Source: Squalus acanthias (Eukaryota). From it: DNA of 64,000 nt. The notes under the pieces are model-generated. The model saw only the letters and a program-made list of their open reading frames with translations, did not search any database and was not told the origin of the DNA. The position numbers and the translations under genes were made by a program. The stretch covers positions 434,001 to 498,000 of the forward strand of contig JASTWF010000330.1 of assembly GCA_030390025.1 (NCBI GenBank), given 5' to 3'. Below, piece by piece: positions 1 through 15,447 of the stretch (within the stretch, counting starts at the first letter, position 1; each line of letters begins with the position of its first letter).

Positions 1-3000
1 GGAACTGTGTCCCACTCCCCTCAGGAACTGTGTCCCACTCCCCTCAGGAACTGTGTCCCACTCCCCTCAGGAACTGTGTCCCACTCCCCTCAGGAACTGT
101 GTCCCACTCCCCTCAGGAACTGTGTCCCACTCCCCTCAGGAACTGTGTCCCACTCCCCTCAGGAACTGTGTCCCACTCCCCTCAGGAACTGTGTCCCACT
201 CCCCTCAGGAACTGTGTCCCACTCCCCTCAGGAACTGTGTCCCACTCCCCTCAGGAACTGTGTCCCACTCCCCTCAGGAACTGTGTCCCACTCCCCTCAG
301 GAACTGTGTCCCGTCCCCTCAGGAACTGTGTCCCACTCCCCTCAGGAACTGTGTCCCACTCCCCTCAGGAACTGTGTCCCACTCCCCTCAGGAACTGTGT
401 CCCACTCCCCTCAGGAACTGTGTCCCACTCCCCTCAGGAACTGTGTCCACTCTCCTCAGGAACTGTGTCCCACTCCCCTCAGGAACTGTGTCCCACTCCC
501 CTCAGGAACTGTGTCCCACTCCCCTCAGGAACTGTGTCCCCCTCCCCTCAGGAACTGTGTCCCACTCCCCTCAGGAACTGTGTCCCACTCCCCTCAGGAA
601 CTGTGTCCCACTCCCCTCAGGAACTGTGTCCCACTCCTCTCAGGAACTGAGTCCCACTCCCCTCAGGAACTGTGTTCCACTCTCCTCAGGAACTGTGTCC
701 ACTCCCCTCAGGAACTGTGTCCCACTCCCCTCAGGAACTGTGTCCCACTCCCCTCAGGAACTGTGTCCCACTCCCTCAGGAACTGTGTCCCACTCCCCTC
801 AGGAACTGTGACCTCTCTCCTCAGGAACTGTGTCCACTCCCCTCAGGAACTGTGTCCCACTCCCCTCAGGAACTGTGTCCCACTCCCCTCAGGAACTGTG
901 TCCCACTCCCCTCAGGAACTGTGTCCCACTCCCCTCAGGAACTGTGTCCCACTCCCCTCAGGAACTGTGTCCACTCCCCTCAGGTTCTGCGACTTACTCC
1001 CCTCAGGAACTGTGTCCCTCTCCCCTCAGGAACTGTGTCCCCCTCCCCTCAGGAACTGTGTCCACTCCCCTCAGGAACTGTGTCCCACTCCCCTCAGGAA
1101 CTGTGTCCCACTCCCCTCAGGAACTGTGTCCCTCTCCCCTCAGGAACTGTGTCCCCCTCCCCTCAGGAACTGCGTCCCACTCCCCTCAGAAACTGCGTCA
1201 CACTCCCCTCAGGAACTGTGTCCCACTCCCCTCAGGAACTGTGTCCCTCTCCCTCAGTCTCCACGTACCACTTCCCTCAGTCTCCTCATCCCACTCAACT
1301 CAGACACCTCATCCAACTCTACTCAGAGTCCTCATCCCACTCCCCTCAGACCCCTCATGCCACTCTCCTCAGTCTCCTCATCCCTCTCCCCTCAGTCTCC
1401 TCATCCCTCTCCCCTCAGTCTCCTCATCCCACTCCCCTCAGTCTCCTCATTACACTCCCCTCAGTCTCCTCATTCCACTCCCCGCAGTCTCCTCATCCCA
1501 CTCCCCTCAGTCTCCTCATCACACTCAACTCAGACACCTCATCCCACTCCACTCAGAGTCCTCATCCCACTCCCATCAGACCCCTCATCCCACTCCCCTC
1601 AGTCTCCTCATCCCACTCCCCTCAGTCCCCTCATCCCCATCCGATCAGTCTCCTCATCCCACTCCCCTCAGTCTCCTCATCCCACTCCCCTCTGTCTCCT
1701 CATCCCCTTCCGCTCAGTCTCCTCATCCCACTCCCCTCAGTCTCCTCTTCCCACTCACCTCAGTCTCCTCATCCCACTCCCCTCAGTCTCCTCATCCCAC
1801 TCCCCTCAGTCTCCTCATCCCCATCCGCTCAGTCTCCTCATCACACTCCCCTCTGTCTCCTCATTCCCATCCGCTCAGTCTCCTCATCCCACTCCCCTCA
1901 GTCTCCTCATCCCACTCCCCTCAGTCTCCTCATCCCACTCCCCTCAGTCTCCTCATCGCCATCCGCTCAGTCTCCTCATCCCACTCCCCTCAGTCTCCTC
2001 ATCCCCATCCGCTCAGGCTCCTCATCCCCATCCGCTCAGTCTCCTCATCCCACTCCCCTCAGTCTCCTCATTCCACTCCCCTCAGTCTCATCATCCCACT
2101 CCCCTCAGTCTCATCATCCCACTCCCCTCAGTCTCCTCATCCCACTCCCCTCAGTCTCCTCATCCCACTCCCCTCAGTCTCCTCATCCCACTCCCCTCGG
2201 TCTCCTCATCCCACTCCCCTCAGGATCTACCTCCCACTCCCCTCAGCAACTGTGTCCAACTCCCCTCAGAAACTGTGTCCCATTCCCCTCAGGAACTGTT
2301 TAGAACTCCCCTCAGGAACTGTCTCCCACTCAACCTCAGGAACTGTGTCCCACTCCCCTCAGGAACTGTGTCCCACTCTCCTCAGGAACTGTGTCCCACT
2401 CCCCTCAGGAACTGTGTCCCACTCCCCTCAGGAACTGTGTCCCACTCCCCTCAGGAACTGTGACCCACTCACCTCAGGAACTACCTCCCACTCCCCTCAG
2501 GAACTGTGTCCCACTCCCCTCAGGAACTGCGTCCCACTCCCATCAGGAACTGCGTCCCTCTCCCCTCAGGAACTGCATCCCACTCCCCTGAGGAACTGCA
2601 TCCCACTTCCCTCAGGAACTGTGTCCCACTTCCCTCAGGAACTGTGTCCCACTCCCCTCAGGAACTGTGTCCCACTCCCCTCAGGAACTGTGTCCCACTC
2701 CACACAGGAACTGCGTCCAAATCCCCCGGGAACTGCGTCCCACTCCCCTCTGGAACTGCGTCCCACTCCCCTCCATCTCCACATCACACTCCCCTCAGTT
2801 ACCTCATCCCACTCCCCTCAGTCTCCTCATCCCACACCCCTCAGTCACCTCATTCCACTCCCCTCAGTTGCTCATCCCACTCCCCTCAGTTTCCTCATCC
2901 CACTCCCCGCACTCTCCTTATCCCACTCCCCTCAGTCCCCTCATCCCACTCCCCTCAGTCTCCTCATCCCACTCCCCTCAGTCCCCTCATCCCACTCCCC

Positions 3001-3918
3001 TCAGACTCCTCATCCCACTCCACTCAGTCTCCTCATCCCACTCCCCTCAGTCTCTTCATCCCACTATCTCTCAGTCTCCACATTCCACTCCACTCAGTCT
3101 CCTCATCCAACTCCCCTCTGTCCCCTCATCCCAGTCCCCTCAGTCTCCTCATCCCACTCCTCTCAGTCCCCTCATCCCACTCCCCTCAGTCTCCTCAACA
3201 CACTCCCCTCAGTCTCCTCATCACACTCCCTTCGGTCTCCTCATCCCAGACACCTCATTCTCCTCATCCCACTCCTCTCAGTCTCCTCATCCCACTCCCT
3301 TCAGTCTCCTCATCCCACTCCTCTCAGTCCCCTCATCCCACTCCCCTCAGTCTCCTCATCACACTCCCCTCGGTCTCCTCATCACACTCCGCTCGGTCTC
3401 CTCATCACACTCCCCTCAGTCTACTCATCCCACTCCCCTCAGTCTCCTCATCCCACTCCCGTCGGTCTCCTCATCCCACTCCCCTGTGTCTCCTCATCCC
3501 ACTCCCCTCAGTCTCATCATTCCACTCCCTTCAGTCGCAATACCACGCCACTCAGTCCCCTCATCCCAATCCCCTCAGTCTCCACATCCCACTCCCATCA
3601 GTCTCTTCATCCCACTCCCCTCAGTCTCCTCATCCCACTCCCCTAAGCATCCTCATCCCACTCCCCTCTGTTTCCTCATCCCACTCCCCTCAGTCTCTTC
3701 ATCCCACTCCCCTCAGTCTCCTCATCCCAATTCCCTCAGTCTCCTCATCCCACTCACCTCAATCTCCTCAGCCCACTTCCCTCAGTCTCTCATCCCACTC
3801 CCCTCAGTCACGATACCCACTCCCTCAGTAAGAGATTGGATGAATCTCCGGCAATGAGATTTTCAGGAGTCACATTGAGTGAACAGACTGTAAACAATGC
3901 GCCCCACAAGACAGATAC

Positions 3919-3953
3919 CTGAGGCTGCAGACACTGCTGGGATAGTGGATGAA
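3919..3953 (-). pseudogene. Truncated exon remnant (3' 35 nt plus donor; acceptor side replaced by type A minisatellite)
   Basis: ...AGATAC|CTGAGGCTGCAGACACTGCTGGGATAGTGGATGAAC runs directly into TGTGTCCCACTC; no polypyrimidine tract on the - strand. Confidence 0.7.
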
Positions 3954-6900
3954 CTGTGTCCCACTCCCCTCAGAAACTGTGTCCCACTCCCCTCAGGAAC
4001 TGTGTCCCACTCCGCTCAGGAACTGTGTCCAATCCCCTCAGAAACTGTGTCCCACTTCCCTCAGGAACTGTGTCCCACTCCCCTCAGAAACTGTGTCCCA
4101 CTTCCCTCAGGAACTGTGTCCACTCCCCTCAGGAACTGTGTCCCACTCCCCTCAGGAGCTGTGTCCAATCCCCTCAGAAACTGTGTCCCACTTCCCTCAG
4201 GAACTGTGTCCCACTCCCCTCAGGAACTGTATCCCACTTCCCTCAGGAACTGTGTCCCACTCCCCTCAGAAACTGTGTCCCACTCCCCTTAGGAACTGTG
4301 TCCCACTTCCCTCAGGAACTGTGTCCCAGTCCCCTCAGGAACTGTGTCCCACTCCCCTCAGGAACTGTGTCCACTCCCCTCAGGAACTGTGTCCCACTTC
4401 CCTCAGAAACTGTGTCCCACTCCCCTCAGGAACTGTGTCCCACTCCCCTCAGGAACTGTGTCCCACTCCCCTCAGGAACTGTGTCCCCCTCCCCTCAGGA
4501 ACTGTGTCCCACTCCCCTCTGGAACTGTGTCCCAGTCCCCTCAGGAACTGTGTCCCACTCCCCTCAGCAAACTGTGTCCCCCTCCCCTCAGGAACTGTGT
4601 CCCACTCCCCTCAGGAACTGTGTCCACTCCCATCAGGAACTGTGTCCCACTCCCCTCAGGAACTGTGTCCCACTCCCCTCAGGAACTGTGTCCCCCTCCC
4701 CTCAGGAACTGTGTCCCACTCCCCTCTGGAACTGTGTCCCAGTCCCCTCAGGAACTGTGTCCCACTCCCCTCAGGAACTGTGTCCCACTCCCCTCAGGAA
4801 CTGTGTCCACTCCCATCAGGAACTGTGTCCCACTCCCCTCAGGAACTGTGTCCAACTCCCCTCAGGAACTGTGTCCCACTCCCCTCAGGAACTGTGTCCC
4901 ACTCCCCTCAGGAACTGTGTCCACTCCCCTCAGGAACTGTGTCCCACTCCTCTCAGGAACTGTGTCCACTCCCCTCAGGAACTGTGTCCCACTCCCTCAG
5001 GAACTGTGTCCCACTCCCCTCAGGAACTGTGTCCCACTCCCCTCAGGAACTGTGTCCACTCCCCTCAGGAACTGTGTCCCACTCCCCTCAGGAACTGTGT
5101 CCCACTCCCCTCAGGAACTGTGTCCCACTCCTCTCAGGAACTGTGTCCCACTCCCCTCAGGAACTGCGTTCCACTCCCCACAGAAACTGTGTCTCACTCC
5201 CCTCAGGATCTGTGTCCCACTCCCCTCAGTCTCCTCACACACTCACCACAGTCTCCTCATCCCACTCCCCTCAGCCTCCTCATTCCACTCCGCTCAGTCT
5301 CCTGACCCCATCACATCAGTCTCCTCATCCCACTCCCATCTGTCTCCTCATCCCACTACCTTCAGTCACCTCATTGCACTCCCCTCAATTCCCACATCCC
5401 ACTCCCCTCAGTTCCCACATCCCACTCCCCTCAGTCTCCTCATCCCACTCCCCTCAGTCTCCTCATCCCACTAACCTCAGTCTCCTCATTCCACTCTCCT
5501 CCGTCTCCTCATCCCACTCCCCTGAGTTCCCTCATCCTACTCCTAACAGTCTTCTGTGTCCCATTCCCCTCAGGAACTGTTTAGAACTCCCCTCAGGAAC
5601 TGTGTCCCACTCCCCTCAGGAACTGTGTCCCACTCCCCTCAGGAACTGTGTCCCACTCCCCTCAGGAACTGTGTCCAACTCCCTTCAGGAACTGAATCCC
5701 ACTCCCCTCAGGAACTGTGTCCCACTCCCCGCAGGAACTGTGTCCCACTCCCCTCAGGAACTGTGTCCCCCTTCCTTCAGGAACTGCATCCGACTCCCCT
5801 CAGGAACTGTGTCCCACTCCCCTCAGGTTCTGTGTCCCACTCCCCTCAGGAACTGTGTCCCACTTCCTTCAGGAACTGCATCCGACTCCCCTCAGGAACT
5901 GTGTCCCACTCCTCTCAGGAACTGTGTCCCACTCCCCTCAGGAACTGTGTCCCACTCCCCTCAGGAACTGTGTCCCACTCCGCTCAGGAACTGTGTCCCA
6001 CTCCCCTCAGGAACTGTGTCCCACTCCCCTCAGGAACTGTGTCCCACTCCCCTCAGGAACTGTGTCCCACTCCCGTCAGGAACTTCGTCCCACTCCCCAA
6101 GGAACTGTGTCCCACTCCCCTCAGGAACTGTGTCCCACTCCGCTCAGGAACTGTGTCCCACTCCCCTCAGGAACTGTGTCTCACTCCCCTCAGGAACTGT
6201 GTCCCACTCCCCTCAGGTGCTGCGTCCACTCCTCTCAGGAACTGTGTCCCACTCCCCTCAGGATCTGTGTCCCACTCCCCTCAGGAACTGTTTCCCACAC
6301 GCCTCAGGAACTGTGGGCCACTCCCCTGAGGAACTGTGTCCAACTCCTGTCAGGAACTGTGTCCCACTCCCCTCAGGAACAGTGTCGCACTCCCCTCAGG
6401 AACTGTGTCCCATTCCCTTCAGGAACTGTGTCCCACTCCCCACAGGAACAGTTTCCCACTCCACTCAGGAACTGTGTCCCACTCCCCTCAGTAACTGTGA
6501 CTCACTCCTCTCAGGAACTGTGACTCACTCCTCTCAGGAACTGTGTCCCACTTCCCTCAGAAACTGTGTCCCACTCCCCTCAGGAACTGTGACTCACTCC
6601 TCTCAGGAACTGTGTCCCACTCCCCACAGGAACAGTGTCCCACTCCCCTCAGGAACTGTGTCCCACTCCCCTCAGGAACTGTGACTCACACCTCTCAGGA
6701 ACTGTGACTCACTCCTCTCAGGAACTGTGTCCCACTTCCCTCAGAAACTGTGTCCCACTCCCCGCAGGAACTGTGACTCACTCCTCTCAGGAACTGTGTC
6801 CCACTCCTCTCAGGAACTGTGTCCAACTCCCCACAGGAACTGTGTCCCACTCCCCTCAGGAACTGTGACTCACTCCTCTCAGGAACTGTGTCCCACTTCC

Positions 6901-9773
6901 CTCAGAAACTGTGTCCCACTCCCCTCAGAAAATGTGTCCCACTCACCTCAGGAACTGATTCCCACTCCGCTCAGGAACTCTGTCCCACTCCCCTCAGGAA
7001 CTGTGTCCCAATCCCCTCAGGAACTGTGTCCAACTCCCCTCAGAAACTGTGTCCCATTCCCCTCAGGAACTGTTTAGAACTCCCCTCAGGAACTGTCTCC
7101 CACTCAACCTCAGGAACTGTGTCCCACTCCCCTCAGGAACTGAATCCCACTCCCCTCAGGAACTGTGTCCCACTCCCCTCAGGAACTGTTTCCCACACGC
7201 CTCAGGAACTGTGGGCCACTCCCCTGAGGAACTGTGTCCAACTCCTGTCAGGAACTGTGTCCCACTCCCTTTCAGGAACAGTGTCGCACTCCCCTCAGGA
7301 ACTGTGTCCCATTCCCTTCAGGAACTGTGTCCCACTCCCCACAGGAACAGTTTCCCACTCCACTCAGGAACTGTGTCCCACTCCCCTCAGTAACTGTGAC
7401 TCACTCCTCTCAGGAACTGTGACTCACTCCTCTCAGGAACTGTGTCCCACTTCCCTCAGAAACTGTGTCCCACTCCCCTCAGCAACTGTGACTCACTCCT
7501 CTCAGGAACTGTGTCCCACTCCCCTCAGGAACTGTGACTCACACCTCTCAGGAACTGTGACTCACTCCTCTCAGGAACTGTGTCCCACTTCCCTCAGAAA
7601 CTGTGTCCCACTCCCCGCAGGAACTGTGACTCACTCCTCTCAGGAACTGTGTCCCACTCCTCTCAGGAACTGTGTCCAACTCCCCACAGGAACTGTGTCC
7701 CACTCCCCTCAGGAACTGTGACTCACTCCTCTCAGGAACTGTGTCCCACTTCCCTCAGAAACTGTGTCCCACTCCCCTCAGAAAATGTGTCCCACTCACC
7801 TCAGGAACTGATTCCCACTCCGCTCAGGAACTCTGTCCCACTCCCCTCAGGAACTGTGTCCCACTCCCCTCAGGAACTGTGTCCAACTCCCCTCAGAAAC
7901 TGGGTCCCATTCCCCTCAGGAACTGTTTAGAACTCCCCTCAGGAACTGTCTCCCACTCAACCTCAGGAACTGTGTCCCACTCCCCTCAGGAACTGAATCC
8001 CACTCCCCTCAGGAACTGTGTCCCACTCACCTCAGGATCTACCTCCCACTCCCCTCAGCAACTGTGTCCCACTCCCCTCAGGAACTGCATCCCACTCCCA
8101 TAAGGAACTGCGTCCCTCTCCCCTCAGGAACTGCATCCCACTCTCCTCAGGAACTGTGTCCCACTCCCCTCAGGAACTGTGTCCCACTCCCCTCAGGAAC
8201 TGTTTCCCACTCCCCTCAGGAACTGTGGCCCACTCACCTCAGGAACTACCTCCCACTCCCCTCAGGAACTGTGTCCCACTCCCCTCGGGAACTGCGTCCC
8301 ACTCCCATCGGGAACTGCGTCCCTCTCCCCTCAGGAACTGCATCCCACTCCCCTGAGGAACTGCGTCCCACTTCCCTCAGGAACTGTGTCCCACTTCCCT
8401 CAGGAACTGTGTCCCACTCCCCTCAGGAACTGTGTCCCACTCCCCTCAGGAACTGTGTCCCACTCCACACAGGAACTGCGTCCAAATCCCCCGGGAACTG
8501 CGTACCACTCCCCTCGGGAACTGCGTCCCACTCCCCTCCATCTCCACATCACACTCCCCTCAGTTACCTCATCCCACTCCCCTCAGTCTCCTCATCCCAC
8601 ACCCCTCAGTCACCTCATTCCACTCCCCTCAGTTGCTCATCCCACTCCCCTCAGTTTCCTCATCCCACTCCCCGCACTCTCCTTATCCCACTCCCCTCAG
8701 TCCCCTCATCCCACTCCCCTCAGTCTCCTCATCCCACTCCCCTCAGTCACCTCATCCCACTCCCCTCAGACTCCTCATCCCACTCCACTCAGACTCCTCA
8801 TCCCACTCCCCTCAGTCTCTTCATCCCACTATCTCTCAGTCTCCACATTCCACTCCACTCAGTCTCCTCATCCAACTCCCCTCTGTCCCCTCATCCCAGT
8901 CCCCTCAGTCTCCTCATCCCACTCCTCTCAGTCCCCTCATCCCACTCCCCTCAGTCTCCTCAACACACTCCCCTCAGTCTCCTCATCCCACTCCCTTCGG
9001 TCTCCTCATCCCAGACACCTCATTCTCCTCATCCCACTCCTCTCAGTCTCCTCATCCCACTCCCTTCAGTCTCCTCATCCCACTCCTCTCAGTCTCCTCA
9101 TCCCACTCCCCTCAGTCTCCTCATCACACTCCCCTCGGTCTCCTCATCACACTCCGCTCGGTCTCCTCATCACACTCCCTTCAGTCTACTCATCCCACTC
9201 CCCTCAGTCTCCTCATCCCACTCCCGTCGGTCTCCTCATCCCACTCCCCTGTGTCTCCTCATCCCACTCCCCTCAGTCTCATCATTCCACTCCCTTCAGT
9301 CGCAATACCACGCCACTCAGTCCCCTCATCCCAATCCCCTCAGTCTCCACATCCCACTCCCATCAGTCTCATCATTCCACTCCCTTCAGTCGCAATACCA
9401 CGCCACTCAGTCCCCTCATCCCAATCCCCTCAGTCTCCACATCCCACTCCCATCAGTCTCTTCATCCCACTCCCCTCAGTCTCCTCATCCCACTCCCCTA
9501 AGCATCCTCATCCCACTCCCCTCTGTTTCCTCATCCCACTCCCCTCAGTCTCTTCATCCCACTCCCCTCAGTCTCCTCATCCCAATTCCCTCAGTCTCCT
9601 CATCCCACTCACCTCAATCTCCTCAGCCCACTTCCCTCAGTCTCTCATCCCACTCCCCTCAGTCACGATACCCACTCCCTCAGTAAGAGATTGGATGAAT
9701 CTCCGGCAATGAGATTTTCAGGAGTCACATTGAGTGAACAGACTGTAAACAATGCGCCCCACAAGACAGATAC

Positions 9774-9808
9774 CTGAGGCTGCAGACACTGCTGGGATAG
9801 TGGATGAA
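9774..9808 (-). pseudogene. Truncated exon remnant (copy 2)
   Basis: Same sequence and junction as 3919-3953. Confidence 0.7.
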
Positions 9809-12800
9809 CTGTGTCCCACTCCCCTCAGAAACTGTGTCCCACTCCCCTCAGGAACTGTGTCCCACTCCGCTCAGGAACTGTGTCCAATCCCCTCAGAAAC
9901 TGTGTCCCACTTCCCTCAGGAACTGTGTCCCACTCCCCTCAGAAACTGTGTCCCACTTCCCTCAGGAACTGTGTCCACTCCCCTCAGGAACTGTGTCCCA
10001 CTCCCCTCAGGAGCTGTGTCCAATCCCCTCAGAAACTGTGTCCCACTTCCCTCAGGAACTGTGTCCCACTCCCCTCAGGAACTGTATCCCACTTCCCTCA
10101 GGAACTGTGTCCCACTCCCCTGAGAAACTGTGTCCCACTCCCCTTAGGAACTGTGTCCCACTCCCCTCAGGAACTGTGTCCCAGTCCCCTCAGGAACTGT
10201 GTCCCACTCCCCTCAGGAACTGTGTCCACTCCCCTCAGGAACTGTGCCCCACTTCCCTCAGAAACTGTGTCCCACTCCCCTCAGGAACTGTGTCCCACTC
10301 CCCTCAGGAACTGTGTCCCACTCCCCTCAGGAACTGTGTCCCCCTCCCCTCAGGAACTGTGTCCCACTCCCCTCTGGAACTGTGTCCCAGTCCCCTCAGG
10401 AACTGTGTCCCACTCCCCTCAGCAAACTGTGTCCCCCTCCCCTCAGGAACTGTGTCCCACTCCCCTCAGGAACTGTGTCCACTCCCATCAGGAACTGTGT
10501 CCCACTCCCCTCAGGAACTGTGTCCCACTCCCCTCAGGAACTGTGTCCCCCTCCCCTCAGGAACTGTGTCCCACTCCCCTCAGGAACTGTGTCCACTCCC
10601 ATCAGGAACTGTGTCCCACTCCCCTCAGGAACTGTGTCCAACTCCCCTCAGGAACTGTGTCCCACTCCCCTCAGGAACTGTGTCCCACTCCCCTCAGGAA
10701 CTGTGTCCACTCCCCTCAGGAACTGTGTCCCACTCCCCTCAGGAACTGTGTCCACTCCCCTCAGGAACTGTGTCCCACTCCCTCAGGAACTGTGTCCCAC
10801 TCCCCTCAGGAACTGTGTCCCACTCCCCTCAGGAACTGTGTCCACTCCCCTCAGGAACTGTGTCCCACTCCCCTCAGGAACTGTGTCCCACTCCCCTCAG
10901 GAACTGTGTCCCACTCCTCTCAGGAACTGTGTCCCACTCCCCTCAGGAACTGCGTTCCACTCCCCACAGAAACTGTGTCTCACTCCCCTCAGGATCTGTG
11001 TCCCACTCCCCTCAGTCTCCTCACACACTCACCACAGTCTCCTCATCCCACTCCCCTCAGCCTCCTCATTCCACTCCGCTCAGTCTCCTGACCCCATCAC
11101 ATCAGTCTCCTCATCCCACTCCCATCTGTCTCCTCATCCCACTACCTTCAGTCACCTCATTGCACTCCCCTCAATTCCCACATCCCACTCCCCTCAGTTC
11201 CCACATCCCACTCCCCTCAGTCTCCTCATCCCACTCCCCTCAGTCTCCTCATCCCACTAACCTCAGTCTCCTCATTCCACTCTCCTCCGTTTCCTCATCC
11301 CACTCCCCTGAGTTCCCTCATCCTACTCCTAACAGTCTTCTGTGTCCCATTCCCCTCAGGAACTGTTTAGAACTCCCCTCAGGAACTGTGTCCCACTCCC
11401 CTCAGGAACTGTGTCCCACTCCCCTCAGGAACTGTGTCCCACTCCCCTCAGGAACTGTGTCCAACTCCCTTCAGGAAGTGAATCCCACTCCCCTCAGGAA
11501 CTGTGTCCCACTCCCCGCAGGAACTGTGTCCCACTCCCCTCAGGAACTGTGTCCCCCTTCCTTCAGGAACTGCATCCGACTCCCCTCAGGAACTGTGTCC
11601 CACTCCCCTCAGGATCTGTGTCCCACTCCCCTCAGGAACTGTGTCCCACTTCCTTCAGGAACTGCATCCCACTCCCCTCAGGAACTGTGTCCCACTCCCC
11701 TCAGGAACTGTGTCCCACTCCCCTCAGGAACTGTGTCCCACTCCCCTCAGGAACTGTGTCCCACTCCGCTCAGGAACTGTGTCCCACTCCCCTCAGGAAC
11801 TGTGTCCCACTCCCCTCAGGAACTGTGTCCCACTCCCCTCAGGAACTGTGTCCCACTCCCGTCAGGAACTTCGTCCCACTCCCCAAGGAACTGTGTCCCA
11901 CTCCCCTCAGGAACTGTGTCCCACTCCGCTCAGGAACTGTGTCCCACTCCCCTCAGGAACTGTGTCTCACTCCCCTCAGGAACTGTGTCCCACTCCCCTC
12001 AGGTGCTGCGTCCACTCCTCTCAGGAACTGTGTCCCACTCCCCTCAGGATCTGTGTCCCACTCCCCTCAGGAACTGTTTCCCACACGCCTCAGGAACTGT
12101 GGGCCACTCCCCTGAGGAACTGTGTCCAACTCCTGTCAGGAACTGTGTCCCACTCCCTTTCAGGAACAGTGTCGCACTCCCCTCAGGAACTGTGTCCCAT
12201 TCCCTTCAGGAACTGTGTCCCACTCCCCACAGGAACAGTTTCCCACTCCACTCAGGAACTGTGTCCCACTCCCCTCAGTAACTGTGACTCACTCCTCTCA
12301 GGAACTGTGACTCACTCCTCTCAGGAACTGTGTCCCACTTCCCTCAGAAACTGTGTCCCACTCCCCTCAGGAACTGTGACTCACTCCTCTCAGGAACTGT
12401 GTCCCACTCCCCACAGGAACAGTGTCCCACTCCCCTCAGGAACTGTGTCCCACTCCCCTCAGGAACTGTGACTCACACCTCTCAGGAACTGTGACTCACT
12501 CCTCTCAGGAACTGTGTCCCACTTCCCTCAGAAACTGTGTCCCACTCCCCGCAGGAACTGTGACTCACTCCTCTCAGGAACTGTGTCCCACTCCTCTCAG
12601 GAACTGTGTCCAACTCCCCACAGGAACTGTGTCCCACTCCCCTCAGGAACTGTGACTCACTCCTCTCAGGAACTGTGTCCCACTTCCCTCAGAAACTGTG
12701 TCCCACTCCCCTCAGAAAATGTGTCCCACTCACCTCAGGAACTGATTCCCACTCCGCTCAGGAACTCTGTCCCACTCCCCTCAGGAACTGTGTCCCACTC

Positions 12801-15447
12801 CCCTCAGGAACTGTGTCCAACTCCCCTCAGAAACTGTGTCCCATTCCCCTCAGGAACTGTTTAGAACTCCCCTCAGGAACTGTCTCCCACTCAACCTCAG
12901 GAACTGTGTCCCACTCCCCTCAGGAACTGAATCCCACTCCCCTCAGGAACTGTGTCCCACTCCCCTCAGGAACTGTTTCCCACACGCCTCAGGAACTGTG
13001 GGCCACTCCCCTGAGGAACTGTGTCCAACTCCTGTCAGGAACTGTGTCCCACTCCCTTTCAGGAACAGTGTCGCACTCCCCTCAGGAACTGTGTCCCAGT
13101 CCCTTCAGGAACTGTGTCCCACTCCCCACAGGAACAGTTTCCCACTCCACTCAGGAACTGTGTCCCACTCCCCTCAGTAACTGTGACTCACTCCTCTCAG
13201 GAACTGTGACTCACTCCTCTCAGGAACTGTGTCCCACTTCCCTCAGAAACTGTGTCCCACTCCCCTCAGCAACTGTGACTCACTCCTCTCAGGAACTGTG
13301 TCCCACTCCCCTCAGGAACTGTGACTCACACCTCTCAGGAACTGTGACTCACTCCTCTCAGGAACTGTGTCCCACTTCCCTCAGAAACTGTGTCCCACTC
13401 CCCGCAGGAACTGTGACTCACTCCTCTCAGGAACTGTGTCCCACTCCTCTCAGGAACTGTGTCCAACTCCCCACAGGAACTGTGTCCCACTCCCCTCAGG
13501 AACTGTGACTCACTCCTCTCAGGAACTGTGTCCCACTTCCCTCAGAAACTGTGTCCCACTCCCCTCAGAAAATGTGTCCCACTCACCTCAGGAACTGATT
13601 CCCACTCCGCTCAGGAACTCTGTCCCACTCCCCTCAGGAACTGTGTCCCACTCCCCTCAGGAACTGTGTCCAACTCCCCTCAGAAACTGTGTCCCATTCC
13701 CCTCAGGAACTGTTTAGAACTCCCCTCAGGAACTGTCTCCCACTCAACCTCAGGAACTGTGTCCCACTCCCCTCAGGAACTGAATCTCACTCCCCTCAGG
13801 AACTGTGTCCCACTCACCTCAGGATCTACCTCCCACTCCCCTCAGCAACTGTGTCCCACTCCCCTCAGGAACTGCATCCCACTCCCATAAGGAACTGCGT
13901 CCCTCTCCCCTCAGGAACTGCATCCCACTCTCCTCAGGAACTGTGTCCCACTCCCCTCAGGAACTGTGTCCCACTCCCCTCAGGAACTGTTTCCCACTCC
14001 CCTCAGGAACTGTGGCCCACTCACCTCAGGAACTGTGTCCCACTCCCCTCGGGAACTGCGTCCCACTCCCATCGGGAACTGCGTCCCTCTCCCCTCAGGA
14101 ACTGCATCCCACTCCCCTGAGGAACTGCGTCCCACTTCCCTCAGGAACTGTGTCCCACTTCCCTCAGGAACTGTGTCCCACTCCCCTCAGGAACTGTGTC
14201 CCACTCCCCTCAGGAACTGTGTCCCACTCCACACAGGAACTGCGTCCAAATCCCCCGGGAACTGCGTACCACTCCCCTCGGGAACTGCGTCCCACTCCCC
14301 TCCATCTCCACATCACACTCCCCTCAGTTACCTCATCCCACTCCCCTCAGTCTCCTCATCCCACACCCCTCAGTCACCTCATTCCACTCCCCTCAGTTGC
14401 TCACCCCACTCCCCTCAGTTTCCTCATCCCACTCCCCGCACTCTCCTTATCCCACTCCCCTCAGTCCCCTCATCCCACTCCCCTCAGTCTCCTCATCCCA
14501 CTCCCCTCAGTCACCTCATCCCACTCCCCTCAGACTCCTCATCCCACTCCACTCAGACTCCTCATCCCACTCCCCTCAGTCTCTTCATCCCACTATCTCT
14601 CAGTCTCCACATTCCACTCCACTCAGTCTCCTCATCCAACTCCCCTCTGTCCCCTCATCCCAGTCCCCTCAGTCTCCTCATCCCACTCCTCTCAGTCCCC
14701 TCATCCCACTCCCCTCAGTCTCCTCAACACACTCCCCTCAGTCTCCTCATCCCACTCCCTTCGGTCTCCTCATCCCAGACACCTCATTCTCCTCATCCCA
14801 CTCCTCTCAGTCTCCTCATCCCACTCCCTTCAGTCTCCTCATCCCACTCCTCTCAGTCTCCTCATCCCACTCCCCTCAGTCTCCTCATCACACTCCCCTC
14901 GGTCTCCTCATCACACTCCGCTCGGTCACCTCATCACACTCCCTTCAGTCTACTCATCCCACTCCCCTCAGTCTCCTCATCCCACTCCCGTCGGTCTCCT
15001 CATCCCACTCCCCTGTGTCTCCTCATCCCACTCCCCTCAGTCTCATCATTCCACTCCCTTCAGTCGCAATACCACGCCACTCAGTCCCCTCATCCCAATC
15101 CCCTCAGTCTCCACATCCCACTCCCATCAGTCTCTTCATCCCACTCCCCTCAGTCTCCTCATCCCACTCCCCTAAGCATCCTCATCCCACTCCCCTCTGT
15201 TTCCTCATCCCACTCCCCTCAGTCTCTTCATCCCACTCCCCTCAGTCTCCTCATCCCAATTCCCTCAGTCTCCTCATCCCACTCACCTCAATCTCCTCAG
15301 CCCACTTCCCTCAGTCTCTCATCCCACTCCCCTCAGTCACGATACCCACTCCCTCAGTAAGAGATTGGATGAATCTCCGGCAATGAGATTTTCAGGAGTC
15401 ACATTGAGTGAACAGACTGTAAACAATGCGCCCCACAAGACAGATAC

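Noticed and set aside
1..1255. CRISPR-like regular short repeats
   Set aside because: Head-to-tail 23-mers with no unique spacers and no cas genes, in a vertebrate context.
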